From contig OZ242005.1 in NCBI GenBank assembly GCA_965204725.1, positions 3,168,001 to 3,232,000 of the forward strand: DNA of 64,000 bases, read 5' to 3'. The DNA is from Candidatus Latescibacterota bacterium. GTDB taxonomy: Bacteria; Latescibacterota; UBA2968; UBA8231. Position numbers and translations under genes: made by a program. Below are positions 46,093-55,759 of this stretch, piece by piece (positions within the stretch are counted from its first letter, which is position 1; each line of letters begins with the position of its first letter). The notes beneath the pieces are model-generated. The model searched no databases and was not told the DNA's origin. It was given only the letters and a program-made list of their open reading frames with translations.

Positions 46093-47598
46093 TTGAGTCC
46101 GCAACCGAACTCAGTCTGGTACAACAACTGGTGCGAAGTGCCGGTCGCGTCGTCAGAGACGTTCGCGCCCACCCTGCCCGTCAGCGTTATCGTCTCGTAC
46201 TACGACGCCCCCCAAGCGCTGGAGTTGACGCTGGCGTCCCTTGAAGGACAGACGTACCCGCGCCATCTCTTTGAGGTCGTTGTCGTGGACGACGGTTCGC
46301 CGACGCCGCTGACGCCGCCCCGGTCAACGCCCCTCGACATCAAGGTGGTGCATCAAGCGGACTGCGGCTTCGGGCTAGCGAGGGGCCGAAACACCGGGGT
46401 TCGGGCGGCCGCCCACGACATCCTCCTCTTTCTCGATGGCGACCTACTGGCCGAAGCCGGTTGGATAGAGGCCCACGCCCGCTGGCACCACGCCGTATCC
46501 GACGCCCTGACCGCCGGCTTTCACGCCAACGTGGCGGTCGAAGGCATTGACGCGGAGGCCATTCGGCGGCGGACCGGATCGCTTGAGGAGCTATTCTCCG
46601 GTCGGCCGACGGAGCCGCCGTGGGTAGAACGCCATATCAGAATGACCAACGATTTGACCTCGTGCGACGATGACCTGTTCAGAATGGTGGGTGGGGGAAA
46701 CTGCGGGATCCGCCGGGATTTCTACGAGTTAGTGGGCGGGTACGACGAGTCCTTCACCGGATGGGGAGCAGAGGATGTCGAGTTCGCCTACCGGGCCTAC
46801 ACCCGAGGCGGGCTGCTGGTGCCGGTCCGGGACGCCTTCGCATGGCATCAGGGTCTCCAGAAGGAAGGCTGGGCCGCCAAGTGGAAGAGCGGCGAACCCC
46901 AGCACGCAAAGGCCGCCCACTTGATTGCCCACCGCCGGTTCCGCTGCGCCTCGCCGGGGCGAACCTTCGCGGTGCCCCAGTACGTAGTGACCATCGAGCG
47001 AGAGCGGGAAGGGCTGCCGGCCGACCAACTCTTTGAGGCCGCGGTGAAAATTTTGGCCGACCGGGAGCATGACTTGGTGGTGAGAGTCGAGATAGAGGAC
47101 GACGACGACGGCTTTGAGTGGCTCCGGCAACAGTTGGGGCCGGACCCGCGAGTGCGCGTCGGGCCAGCGGGGTCGAGCCTCGACGAATTTTCAGCGGCCT
47201 CGTTCCACGTCGCGCTTCCCGCCTCCGTCCCATTCGCCGTCAACTTGGTGCATCGCCTGCGCGAAACGCTAGGCGACGCGGTGATCGCCCGGGCGACCCT
47301 CCCCGGCGGCCAGACGGTGTCGATTGCCCGGGCGTGGGCACTCCATCGGGTGCGCCGCACCGGGAAAAGCATCGCCGACTTTGGCGACGAGGTGACGGTT
47401 TCCCCCAAGAAGGTGGGTCTCGGAGGTCGCAGCCGCGGCGGCGTCAGCGGCGAAGCGGTGCGGACGACGTTTTGGAGCGGCCCCTCGAAGATGGCATGGC
47501 TGCGCGTCGAAGCGAGGAGCATAGACAGCCCGGCGCGAGCGTGGTGGTTCTTGAAATGGCTGGTGCGCGGCTTAGTGCGATGGGGCCGCCGCTCGTAG
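46093..47598 (+). CDS. GT2 glycosyltransferase
   Basis: VVDDGS, ARGRN.G, FLDGD, GGYDE.F.GWG.ED. Confidence 0.9.
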   Translation: MSPQPNSVWYNNWCEVPVASSETFAPTLPVSVIVSYYDAPQALELTLASLEGQTYPRHLFEVVVVDDGSPTPLTPPRSTPLDIKVVHQADCGFGLARGRNTGVRAAAHDILLFLDGDLLAEAGWIEAHARWHHAVSDALTAGFHANVAVEGIDAEAIRRRTGSLEELFSGRPTEPPWVERHIRMTNDLTSCDDDLFRMVGGGNCGIRRDFYELVGGYDESFTGWGAEDVEFAYRAYTRGGLLVPVRDAFAWHQGLQKEGWAAKWKSGEPQHAKAAHLIAHRRFRCASPGRTFAVPQYVVTIEREREGLPADQLFEAAVKILADREHDLVVRVEIEDDDDGFEWLRQQLGPDPRVRVGPAGSSLDEFSAASFHVALPASVPFAVNLVHRLRETLGDAVIARATLPGGQTVSIARAWALHRVRRTGKSIADFGDEVTVSPKKVGLGGRSRGGVSGEAVRTTFWSGPSKMAWLRVEARSIDSPARAWWFLKWLVRGLVRWGRRS

Positions 47599-47620
47599 CG
47601 CACGGTCTAAGTACGCGACG

Positions 47621-47753
47621 CTTACGTTGAGTCCGCCTTTTCTGCTGTTGCCGATGAATCCGGGATGTTCAACACGCCCAAAGTGGGTTTTCGGACAGCT
47701 TCTTACGTTGAGTTCGCCTTTTCTGCTTCTGCTGTTGCCGCTACATCCGGGAT
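47621..47753. repeat. imperfect direct repeat pair (46 and 52 bp)
   Basis: cttacgttgagt(c/t)cgccttttctgct...atccgggat at 47621-47666 and 47702-47753. Confidence 0.8.
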
Positions 47754-47796
47754 CGAGGGCGTCCCGCCCTCGACGAGGGCAAGATGCCCTCGATCC
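47750..47796. repeat. REP-like double hairpin
   Basis: cgagggc-gtccc-gccctcg, a, cgagggc-aagat-gccctcg; outer ggatcgagggc/gccctcgatcc also complementary. Confidence 0.7.
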
Positions 47797-47851
47797 TTTA
47801 AGGTAAGGATAGCGACAAGGTGTTCCCCGAATTAGCCTACAGGTGCTCTCG

Positions 47852-49228
47852 ATGAACCGCACTAATGCAGCAGCAGCGGCGGGCGGTTCCGCGTGGACCC
47901 GCTTCTTAGACAGGGTGCGGGCCATTCGACGCCCCGGCGGGGCCTCGGCGTTCCTGCGCTGGTTGAACGCCGTGCGGCGGCGGGAGACCAACAAGCGGCG
48001 GGTGGCTTGGTGGCATCTCCAAAGCGCGATGCGGAGCCGCTGGATACGCGCCCAATCGTGGCGGGCGAGTTCGGTTCCCGCCTTCGACCTCGGCGGCTAC
48101 AACCCGATTGGCTGGAAGCGCGACGTAGGGAGCGAGGTGGCGGCGTTGGGGCCGCTGGAGCGGCTGCCGCCCGACGTCGAGGCCCATCGCGTCGTTCATC
48201 GGCGCGACCTGCGCCGGTTGCGCCGAATCCACCACCTCGAAGACACCTCGGCGTTCCATTCCAGCGTCGTTGCGCGAGCAGGCGACTTGGCTCGCTTGGC
48301 CGCGCTGGGCGTGGTCATCCATCTGGCGGACGGAGACCAGCGGCTTCTCCCGTTGCTCGGCGACGATTTCTATCGGCTGGCGACCTCAAACGCGCACGGC
48401 CTCAACGCCGACGCCCGGGAGTTGCTCAGCGTCGGGCTGCGCCGCGCCGCTTTGCGAGAGCATTCGTCTTGGGCACGGGGGAAAGAGCTGCCCTTGGTGT
48501 CCATCCTGCTGGCGACTAAGCGCCCCGCGTTTTTGCCGTGGGCACTCGCCAATGCGGCGAGACAAACCTATCCCAAGGCGGAGTTGATCTTGGTGCTGCA
48601 CGGCGAGGGCTTTGCCGATGTGGAGCGGCAGGTTGCCGAATTGCCGCTCCCGGCAAAGGTGCTGCGGATGCCTGCGAGCGAACCCCTCGGCGCGGTGCTC
48701 AACGCCGCGACCGCCGCAGCGAGCGGGACGCTGCTGACCAAAATGGACGACGACGATGTGTACGGCGTCGATCACCTGTGGGACTTGGTCCTGGCGCGGG
48801 AGTACTCGGGGGCGCAGCTAGTGGGCAAGTGGCTGGAGTTCGTCTATCTGGCTGCCGCCAACCGCACCATTCGCTGGTTCAACGGGTGCGGTGAGCGCTA
48901 CCAGACGTCGGCCTTGGCCGGGGGTACGCTGCTCATTTCCCGCCGCGACTTGGACGGCGTCGGCGGTTGGCGAAAGGTGCCGAGCGGCGTTGATGCGGCA
49001 CTGGCCGAAGATGTCCTGCGAGCCGGCGGGCGCGTTTACCGCACCCACGCGACCGGCTTCATGCTGGTTCGGCATGGCTGCCGCCATACTTGGAGCGACC
49101 CAGACGGTGCCGACGACGCCCTGCTCGCCAAGGCCGACCGCGTCTGGTGCGGCTTCCAACCGGCCCGGGCGGCCATTGAGGAGCCGAACCTTGGGCATCC
49201 GGCCTTGGCCGGTGAGCAGTGTTCTTAG
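47852..49228 (+). CDS. glycosyltransferase (C-terminal GT2 domain)
   Basis: LVSILLAT.RP, QTYP..EL, LG..LN, KMDDDD.Y. Confidence 0.8.
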   Translation: MNRTNAAAAAGGSAWTRFLDRVRAIRRPGGASAFLRWLNAVRRRETNKRRVAWWHLQSAMRSRWIRAQSWRASSVPAFDLGGYNPIGWKRDVGSEVAALGPLERLPPDVEAHRVVHRRDLRRLRRIHHLEDTSAFHSSVVARAGDLARLAALGVVIHLADGDQRLLPLLGDDFYRLATSNAHGLNADARELLSVGLRRAALREHSSWARGKELPLVSILLATKRPAFLPWALANAARQTYPKAELILVLHGEGFADVERQVAELPLPAKVLRMPASEPLGAVLNAATAAASGTLLTKMDDDDVYGVDHLWDLVLAREYSGAQLVGKWLEFVYLAAANRTIRWFNGCGERYQTSALAGGTLLISRRDLDGVGGWRKVPSGVDAALAEDVLRAGGRVYRTHATGFMLVRHGCRHTWSDPDGADDALLAKADRVWCGFQPARAAIEEPNLGHPALAGEQCS

Positions 49229-49253
49229 AAGCGCGTGGGCAGGAGGACGAGCT

Positions 49254-50867
49254 ATGGACCAACCCCTGCGGAATTCGCCGCTTCCGCTGGCGCTGCTGCT
49301 GCTGGGGCTGTCAACGGTATTCTTTTTTGGCAACGACCGGGGCCACTTCTACCGGCCCGGTCACCACAATGCCACAACCGCGAATACCATGGGGATCGTC
49401 GCGAACCTATCCCCAGAGCATACCTTCCTCGGATTCTTTTATCGAACCGTCGATGACGACAACACTCCGACGTACAGGCTGTACAATCGCTTTCCGATTG
49501 GCGGCTATGGGCTGATAAAGCTGGCGACGTGGCCGGTGGGCGACAGCCTGTCGGCGCGGCTTTGGGCGGCGCGGCTTTTCATGCTGGCCTTTTTCGCGGC
49601 CGCGGCCATCTTGGCCTACCTGTCCCTCAGTCGGCTCATCGCCAACCCATGGATCGCCCTAACCGCGACGCTGCTAGCTTTCGCTTCCTACTACTGCCTG
49701 TATTACAACGATGCCGTCAACCCCGAAGTGTCAATGAGCCTGTTCGGGGTATTACTGACCTTTCACGGCATGGTGATTTTCGAGCACGAGGGACGCTTCC
49801 GACAACTGCCGGTCAAGGGGTGCGTCGCCCTGCTGCTGGGCTGGCACGTGTACGCCCTGCTGCTGCCGTTTATCGTGCTCCGCTTGGGGAGCGAACTGAT
49901 CCGGTTGCGGTTGCGCGCCGGCCTCCGCTATCTATCGCCGCTTAGCAACCGCTATATCATACTTGGCGTCGTCTGCTTGCTGTTCGGAGGGGCTGTCTTG
50001 GCTTTCAATCTCATCAACGAAAGCCAATACTTGGCGCTGAACGCGGAGAAAACCCAGATGGAAAACCCCACGTTCCAGTCGATTCTGCGGCGCGTAGGGG
50101 TTGATGATTCGGATTTTTACGCCACCTATGCGGCCACCGCTTGGCCGTCTTTCCTGAAGAGGCAATTTCTAGCCATCGCCCGCATGAGCCTGCCCTACGC
50201 TTGGTCTGGCTACGCCCAAGCGCTGGGCGAATCCGCCCAAGGGCCGTTGAAGCTGCTGGCCGTCGTCTTGGGAATCACCGCGTCCGGCGCGTTGCTGATT
50301 GGCCTGCGGTTGGTTCGCCATAAAATCCTGCTGGCGACCTTGGTGCTGTACGGGTTCTGCTGGGGGCTGTCGATGCGCTATCACACCGCCTTCCACGATT
50401 TTGAGAGCGTCCACTACATCGGCATTCCGCTGGTCTTGTTCTCGCTGGTTTTGCTGTTCATCCGCAAGCGGTGGGGCGACCGCGTCGTGGTTGGCTTGGC
50501 GGTTGCCGCGCTCTTGGTGTTCGGCCTTTCGAGCGCGGATATGAGCCGCGTGGGCAACGACGCCCAAGCCGCCGCGCTGCAAAAAACGCTGCTCAGGGAT
50601 TTTGCCGCGATTCGCGCCCAGATCCCGCCGGGCGGGCGGGTTTTCGTTCCTATATCGAGCTCTTGGAAGGCGGACTCCACGTTTGCTGGGGTGCGGCGCG
50701 CCTTGAGTTACTATCTCGCCGGAAGAATTATTATATATAATGAGCCGCCCGGAAGGCGTCGCTTTGCCGACTGGGTCATCGCGCCCCAGCGCGTGGAGAC
50801 GGATGGGCTGCTCACGCCCGATAATCGGCTGAGGTTCCTGTACGAGCGGGACGCGCTGAGTGAGTGA
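49254..50867 (+). CDS. polytopic membrane protein, ArnT/GT-C-like glycosyltransferase
   Basis: Periplasmic loop (YNRFPIG), multiple TM helices, soluble C-terminal domain; start MDQPL after AGGAG. Confidence 0.6.
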   Translation: MDQPLRNSPLPLALLLLGLSTVFFFGNDRGHFYRPGHHNATTANTMGIVANLSPEHTFLGFFYRTVDDDNTPTYRLYNRFPIGGYGLIKLATWPVGDSLSARLWAARLFMLAFFAAAAILAYLSLSRLIANPWIALTATLLAFASYYCLYYNDAVNPEVSMSLFGVLLTFHGMVIFEHEGRFRQLPVKGCVALLLGWHVYALLLPFIVLRLGSELIRLRLRAGLRYLSPLSNRYIILGVVCLLFGGAVLAFNLINESQYLALNAEKTQMENPTFQSILRRVGVDDSDFYATYAATAWPSFLKRQFLAIARMSLPYAWSGYAQALGESAQGPLKLLAVVLGITASGALLIGLRLVRHKILLATLVLYGFCWGLSMRYHTAFHDFESVHYIGIPLVLFSLVLLFIRKRWGDRVVVGLAVAALLVFGLSSADMSRVGNDAQAAALQKTLLRDFAAIRAQIPPGGRVFVPISSSWKADSTFAGVRRALSYYLAGRIIIYNEPPGRRRFADWVIAPQRVETDGLLTPDNRLRFLYERDALSE

Positions 50868-51688
50868 TGCTGATGAGCAGACTGAAACAACTACACGCAA
50901 TTTGCGCGAACCCGCTCGTCGTCCGGGACCTCGCCGGTGCGTTGGGGCGCGGCGCGTTTGGCGTGGCGCGGCGCATGGCGTACACCGCGGTGCGCTCGCC
51001 GGACCTGACGGCGGAAAAGGTCGTCTCCCGAAAATACCGCTGCCTCTGGCTTTGCAATCCCAAGGTGGCGTCGCGGAGCATCATAGCGGTGCTGCGCGAT
51101 GCAGACCCCGATGCTGAAATCATTGAAGGCGCGAGCGTCGCCCAAGTGTACGCCATGTACCCAGCCGTGAAGGATTACTTCAGTTTCGCGTTCATCCGGC
51201 ATCCTTTTGACCGGGCACTTTCGCTGTATGCGGAAATGCGCTTCTTCCGCACGCGCTTTGACGGAGCGAATCGTTGCCGCAAAGAGGAGCGCCAACGGTT
51301 CCTCGCCAACGCGTTCTTTGGGCTGGCGGAGGTGAAGAGCTTCGACGACTACTGCCGCTGGCTGAACACGCCTTACGGTTCGGATGCGTTCGCGAACTGC
51401 CACTTTCTGTCCCAGCATCGGCAAATATGCCTTTTAGATGACCGCCGGCCCGATTTCATTGGCCGCCTCGAGAACATAGCCCGCGACTTGGAGCGAGTCG
51501 CCGAGCACTTGGGGATGCCGCTGCCGACGCTGCCGATGCTGAACACGATGGCGGGATGGCAACCGCGGTCGCCGCAAGCGTTGCAAGCCGCCCGGGCGGA
51601 GATGAGCGCGCTCTTGACCGAGCAGAACAGGGCGTTGCTCAGCAAGCGGTATGCGGGCGATTTGGAACTGGGGGGCTATTCGCCGTGA
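50864..51688 (+). CDS. sulfotransferase family 2 protein
   Basis: 5'-PSB NPKVASRS, 3'-PB FIRHPFDR.LS.Y, HF.SQ, DFIGRLE. Confidence 0.88.
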   Translation: MMLMSRLKQLHAICANPLVVRDLAGALGRGAFGVARRMAYTAVRSPDLTAEKVVSRKYRCLWLCNPKVASRSIIAVLRDADPDAEIIEGASVAQVYAMYPAVKDYFSFAFIRHPFDRALSLYAEMRFFRTRFDGANRCRKEERQRFLANAFFGLAEVKSFDDYCRWLNTPYGSDAFANCHFLSQHRQICLLDDRRPDFIGRLENIARDLERVAEHLGMPLPTLPMLNTMAGWQPRSPQALQAARAEMSALLTEQNRALLSKRYAGDLELGGYSP

Positions 51689-52479
51689 CTGGACGCGCAA
51701 AAAGCCCACCCCTGAAAACACTGGCCAAAAAGGTGCTCAGGCGGGTTCACCTGTATAAACAGGCCGCTCGCATGCACGGCCGGGTCCGCTTGGCCTTGCG
51801 CGATCTGCGCCGCATCGACAGCCGCATCGCGGCGCGCTACCTCGCGGAGGCGAGCGATCCCAAGCTCCACATCGGCTGCGGCGACAACCTGCTCGACGGC
51901 TGGCTAAACTCCGATCTGCACCCCCGCTCTAAAAGCGTTCTGCGGCTGGATGTGACGCGCCCGTTTCCCTTTGCGGACGACACCTTCACCCACGCTTACA
52001 GCGAGCATCTGCTCGGCTCGATTACCTTTCGCGCGACGATGGCCATGCTGAGCGAGTGCTTTCGCGTGCTCGCGCCGGGCGGCAAGCTGCGCATCACGAC
52101 CTTCGACTTGGCCTTTCTGATCGATCTGTACCGGCGGGAACGCTCTGAGCTGGAGGAGCAGTACCTCAAGTGGGCCGCCGATACTCGCTTGCAACGGCGC
52201 GAGGACAGCCCGCACCGCGCATTGCAGGAGCGAGCGAGCGGGCCGCTTGCGGAGACCGGCTTTTTGGTCAATCACACCCTGCATTCGGAGTGGGGTCTGT
52301 TCGTGTACGACGAGCCGATCTTGCGCTGTGTATTTGAGAGCGCCGGGTTCCAAAACGTAGTGAGGTGCGACCTGAACCAGAGCGAGGATGCCGCGCTTTG
52401 TGGCTTGGCCAACGAGGGGCGGCTGCCGGATGGCTTTCTACGGCTGGAATCCGTCACGCTCGAAGGAAGCAAGCCATGA
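51685..52479 (+). CDS. class I SAM-dependent methyltransferase
   Basis: KLHIGCG...L.GW.N.D, PF.D..F...YSEH, RVL.PGG. Confidence 0.85.
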   Translation: MTGRAKSPPLKTLAKKVLRRVHLYKQAARMHGRVRLALRDLRRIDSRIAARYLAEASDPKLHIGCGDNLLDGWLNSDLHPRSKSVLRLDVTRPFPFADDTFTHAYSEHLLGSITFRATMAMLSECFRVLAPGGKLRITTFDLAFLIDLYRRERSELEEQYLKWAADTRLQRREDSPHRALQERASGPLAETGFLVNHTLHSEWGLFVYDEPILRCVFESAGFQNVVRCDLNQSEDAALCGLANEGRLPDGFLRLESVTLEGSKP

Positions 52480-54200
52480 GGTGGCACTGGATTGTGCTAG
52501 GTGCGGGGCTGGTCGGTTGGTTGCTCGTCGCCTACGGCTGGGTTCCGGTGCTGCTCGAAGCCGGGTATCGGCAGGAAAGCATCGACTCGATCAATGAACT
52601 CTTCCCCGGCCGGGCGAAAAACCCGTTTGCGAATTACCTCGACCGCTGGCACGAAATGGCGCGGCTGGGTACGCTCTGGTGCGTGGTCCTCGTCGGTGCC
52701 GGCCTGTTCGGGCGTCGGATCTGGATGAGCGTTCCGCGATTCTTTGAACGCACTGTCGGCGCTGCGACGCCTGGGACGCTCGGGGCGATCCGCGCTTGGA
52801 CGTGCGCCATCCTGTTCCTCGATACGCTTCGCTACGACTTGGCGAGTACGACGCTGCTTCCCGCCGAGATGATCCGGCCGATGGGCCTGATGCGCCTGAT
52901 GCACTGGCTGCCCCTCGGGTATGACGCCTTCCTCGCGGCCCCGATGGCACTCTGGGCGTTCCAGTACGGCACGATGCTGCTGCTCCTATTCGGCGTCCTC
53001 GGACTGGGTACGCGGATTGTCGTGCCAGCCGCCGCGATCTGCCACCTCATGGTGGGCGGGATCGGGCGGGAGTATTCGTTTTTCTATCACGGCGGCCTAA
53101 TCCCGTGGTACGTGCTGGTCGTGCTCGCCTTTACCCGCTGCGACCAAGGCTGGTCCATCGACCGGCTCTGGCGCGTCGCCCGCCGACGCCCTGTGCCGCC
53201 AGTGAATCAGCCCACCGCGGAGTGCGGCTGGGCGCGGTATGCAGTGTGGACGACCATTGCCATGCCGTACGTGATGGCTGGTTGCAGCAAGCTATACGAC
53301 TCGGGTCTAGGGTGGGTCGCGGCCGACAACGTGCGCGCCCATCTGCTGCGGCCCAACTTAAAGATGCCGTACGAGGACAGCAACGTATTGGACTCCATCT
53401 TGCAGGCCCCGGACCTCCTAATCGTCCTGCAGGGCGTGGTTGCGATAGGCACGGAGCTGGCCTTCGGCCTCGTGCTGGTGTCCCGGCGCGCCCGCTTGGT
53501 GCTGCCCGCCATGATGGTGCTGGTCCACATCGGGATCGCGGTCTTACAGAAGATCGTATTCCCCGATCTAATAATGCTGCTGTTGGTGTTCTACGACTGG
53601 CGGCCGTTGGGCCGGGCCGTGAGGCGATGGTTCCCGGCCCCGGTGCGAATGGAGTGCTCGCTCCCCCCAAGCGACGCTGCACCCACGCACCGACGAGGCG
53701 CGCTTGTCGTCCTGGTGATCGCGGCAGTGGCCGCGTCCGTCTGGACCGCCGGCCTCAGCTTCTATCCGCTCACGCCGTTGGACATGTTCAGCAAGCCGGA
53801 GTCGCCGCCCGGCATCGTCGAATACGAGCGAGTGGTCGTCTATTGGGAGGACGGCACCAGCGAGGAGGCCCCGCTTGATGAGTGGTGCCGGTTGACGCCT
53901 ACATTCAGGTTTTGGCCTGTTGAGGTTGCGTTCAAGCACCCGGCGGAGGTGACCCGCCGTCAAGACATCTCTTGGTCGTTTCGGCCGGTGCTCGAAGCGG
54001 CGTTTGAGGGCATGGAAAGGCGGGAGTTGGCCCGGAAGTTCCTAGACGCTGTGGTTCACGCGGCAGACTTACAGACCAAGACGCCGCGCCCGCTGCGCTT
54101 GGAGGTCCAGCTTTGGCGCTGGGATTTTGCCAACGACCCAGACAACCCCGACCGCGGCGTCTTGGTGGACCGATATGTCCACGCCATCAGCCCTTCTTAG
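52476..54200 (+). CDS. HTTM-like membrane protein
   Basis: LG..R, SIDR, Y..AG.SKL..SG..W, EL.F..VL, H.GI; multiple TM helices. Confidence 0.55.
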   Translation: MRWHWIVLGAGLVGWLLVAYGWVPVLLEAGYRQESIDSINELFPGRAKNPFANYLDRWHEMARLGTLWCVVLVGAGLFGRRIWMSVPRFFERTVGAATPGTLGAIRAWTCAILFLDTLRYDLASTTLLPAEMIRPMGLMRLMHWLPLGYDAFLAAPMALWAFQYGTMLLLLFGVLGLGTRIVVPAAAICHLMVGGIGREYSFFYHGGLIPWYVLVVLAFTRCDQGWSIDRLWRVARRRPVPPVNQPTAECGWARYAVWTTIAMPYVMAGCSKLYDSGLGWVAADNVRAHLLRPNLKMPYEDSNVLDSILQAPDLLIVLQGVVAIGTELAFGLVLVSRRARLVLPAMMVLVHIGIAVLQKIVFPDLIMLLLVFYDWRPLGRAVRRWFPAPVRMECSLPPSDAAPTHRRGALVVLVIAAVAASVWTAGLSFYPLTPLDMFSKPESPPGIVEYERVVVYWEDGTSEEAPLDEWCRLTPTFRFWPVEVAFKHPAEVTRRQDISWSFRPVLEAAFEGMERRELARKFLDAVVHAADLQTKTPRPLRLEVQLWRWDFANDPDNPDRGVLVDRYVHAISPS

Positions 54201-54204
54201 CCCA

Positions 54205-55755
54205 ATGAATTCCGTTTGGTATAACGACTGGCGGCAGGTCGAGGTGACGCCGCTTGATGCGTTCGCGCCCACTCGGCCCGTCAGCGTGGTAATCCCGTAC
54301 TACCAGACGACCGCCGACCCGTACTACCAAAAGTCCGCCGCGACGCTGGCGCGGACCCTCGCGACGCTCGAAGGCCAAACCTACCCGAGGGAGATGTTTG
54401 AGGTGATCCTCGTTGACGACGGCTCTGAGCCGCCGCTGAAGCGGCCTCCCTCGACGAGGCTTGACGTGAAGGTCATACGGCGGGAGCGGCGCGTATTCGG
54501 GCGTGCCTTGATGCGCGCCACCCACAGTCAGGCGATGAACGCCGGCGCTCGGGCCGCGACCCACGACATCTTGCTCTTCCTCAACAGCGTCATGCTGGTC
54601 GAGGCGAACTGGATGGCGGCGCACGCCCGCTGGCACCACGCTATCTCCGACGCCCTGACCGTGGGGATTCGCGCCTACGTAGATGTGAACGGCCTCGACG
54701 CGGCGACCATTCGGCAGCGGCCCGGATCGCTGAACGAACTGCTTGCAGGCCGGCCGATGGACCCGCCCTTGTACGAAGGCTACATGGCCAAAACCAACGA
54801 TCTGACTTCGCGGGCCGATGATCCATTTCAGGTGGTGGTCGGGGGAAACTTGGGGATGAGCAAGGGGTTTTACTGGTCGGTGGGTGGGGCCGACGAATCG
54901 TTCACGTACTGGGGATTAGAGGATGTCGAACTCGGCTACCGGGCTTATACGCACGGCGGGCTGCTGGTGCCCGTCCGGGACTCCTTGTCCTATCGCCAAG
55001 GCCGCTGGAATGAGGACCGCGACGCCAAGCACCGCAGTACTCAAATCCAAGAGGGAATAGCGGCTCACCGGATCGCCCACCCTTGGTACCGCGGCAACCG
55101 GCCCGGTCGAATTTTCGCGGTGCCCCAGTACGTGGTGACCGTCGATGGGGGGCGATGCCCGGTCGGCCAAATAGTCCGGGTGGTCGGCAACATCCTGACT
55201 GACCGCGTACGCGATCTGCTAGTGCGAATCGAAATGCAGGCGAGCGACGACGATGAAGAGCGGCTGGCCCGGCTCCAAGCGGAGTTTGGCCCGGACCCGC
55301 GCGTACGTGTCGCGCCCACGCCCACCGCCCTCGACGAATTCCCCGCGTCGCCGTTCCACGTCACCCTGCCCGCGGCCGTGGTCGCCAAGGACTTGGTGCA
55401 TCGGCTGCGGTCCAAGCTCGGAGACGCGGTTCACGCGGCATCGGTGCTCCCCGACGGGTCGGGCAGGGTATCGATCACCCGGTCGTGGGCACTCCATCGG
55501 GCGCGGCGCACCGGAAAAAGGGTCGCCGACTTCGGCGAAGCGCGGGCGATACCCGCCGCCGCGTTAAAGATCGCGGTCGCTGACCCGGCCGAGGATGTGG
55601 CCCGCGTCGGTAGAGCGGAGGCCGTGAACCACTCAGCCCAGTGGAGACGCTTGCGCGCCCGGCTGGGGGCCATCACCCACCCCGGCGAGGTGGGGCCGTT
55701 CCTCAAGTGGCTGGCCGGTTCGGTTTGGCGGCGGGTCGGCGGGAGGCCGCGGTGA
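54205..55755 (+). CDS. GT2 glycosyltransferase paralogue lacking DxD
   Basis: Close paralogue of 44454 and 46093; FLNSV at the DxD position; start may be 54175. Confidence 0.8.
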   Translation: MNSVWYNDWRQVEVTPLDAFAPTRPVSVVIPYYQTTADPYYQKSAATLARTLATLEGQTYPREMFEVILVDDGSEPPLKRPPSTRLDVKVIRRERRVFGRALMRATHSQAMNAGARAATHDILLFLNSVMLVEANWMAAHARWHHAISDALTVGIRAYVDVNGLDAATIRQRPGSLNELLAGRPMDPPLYEGYMAKTNDLTSRADDPFQVVVGGNLGMSKGFYWSVGGADESFTYWGLEDVELGYRAYTHGGLLVPVRDSLSYRQGRWNEDRDAKHRSTQIQEGIAAHRIAHPWYRGNRPGRIFAVPQYVVTVDGGRCPVGQIVRVVGNILTDRVRDLLVRIEMQASDDDEERLARLQAEFGPDPRVRVAPTPTALDEFPASPFHVTLPAAVVAKDLVHRLRSKLGDAVHAASVLPDGSGRVSITRSWALHRARRTGKRVADFGEARAIPAAALKIAVADPAEDVARVGRAEAVNHSAQWRRLRARLGAITHPGEVGPFLKWLAGSVWRRVGGRPR

Positions 55756-55759
55756 TCTC

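Noticed and set aside
47621-47753. Mini-CRISPR
   Set aside because: Only two unequal, long repeats and no cas genes in the window
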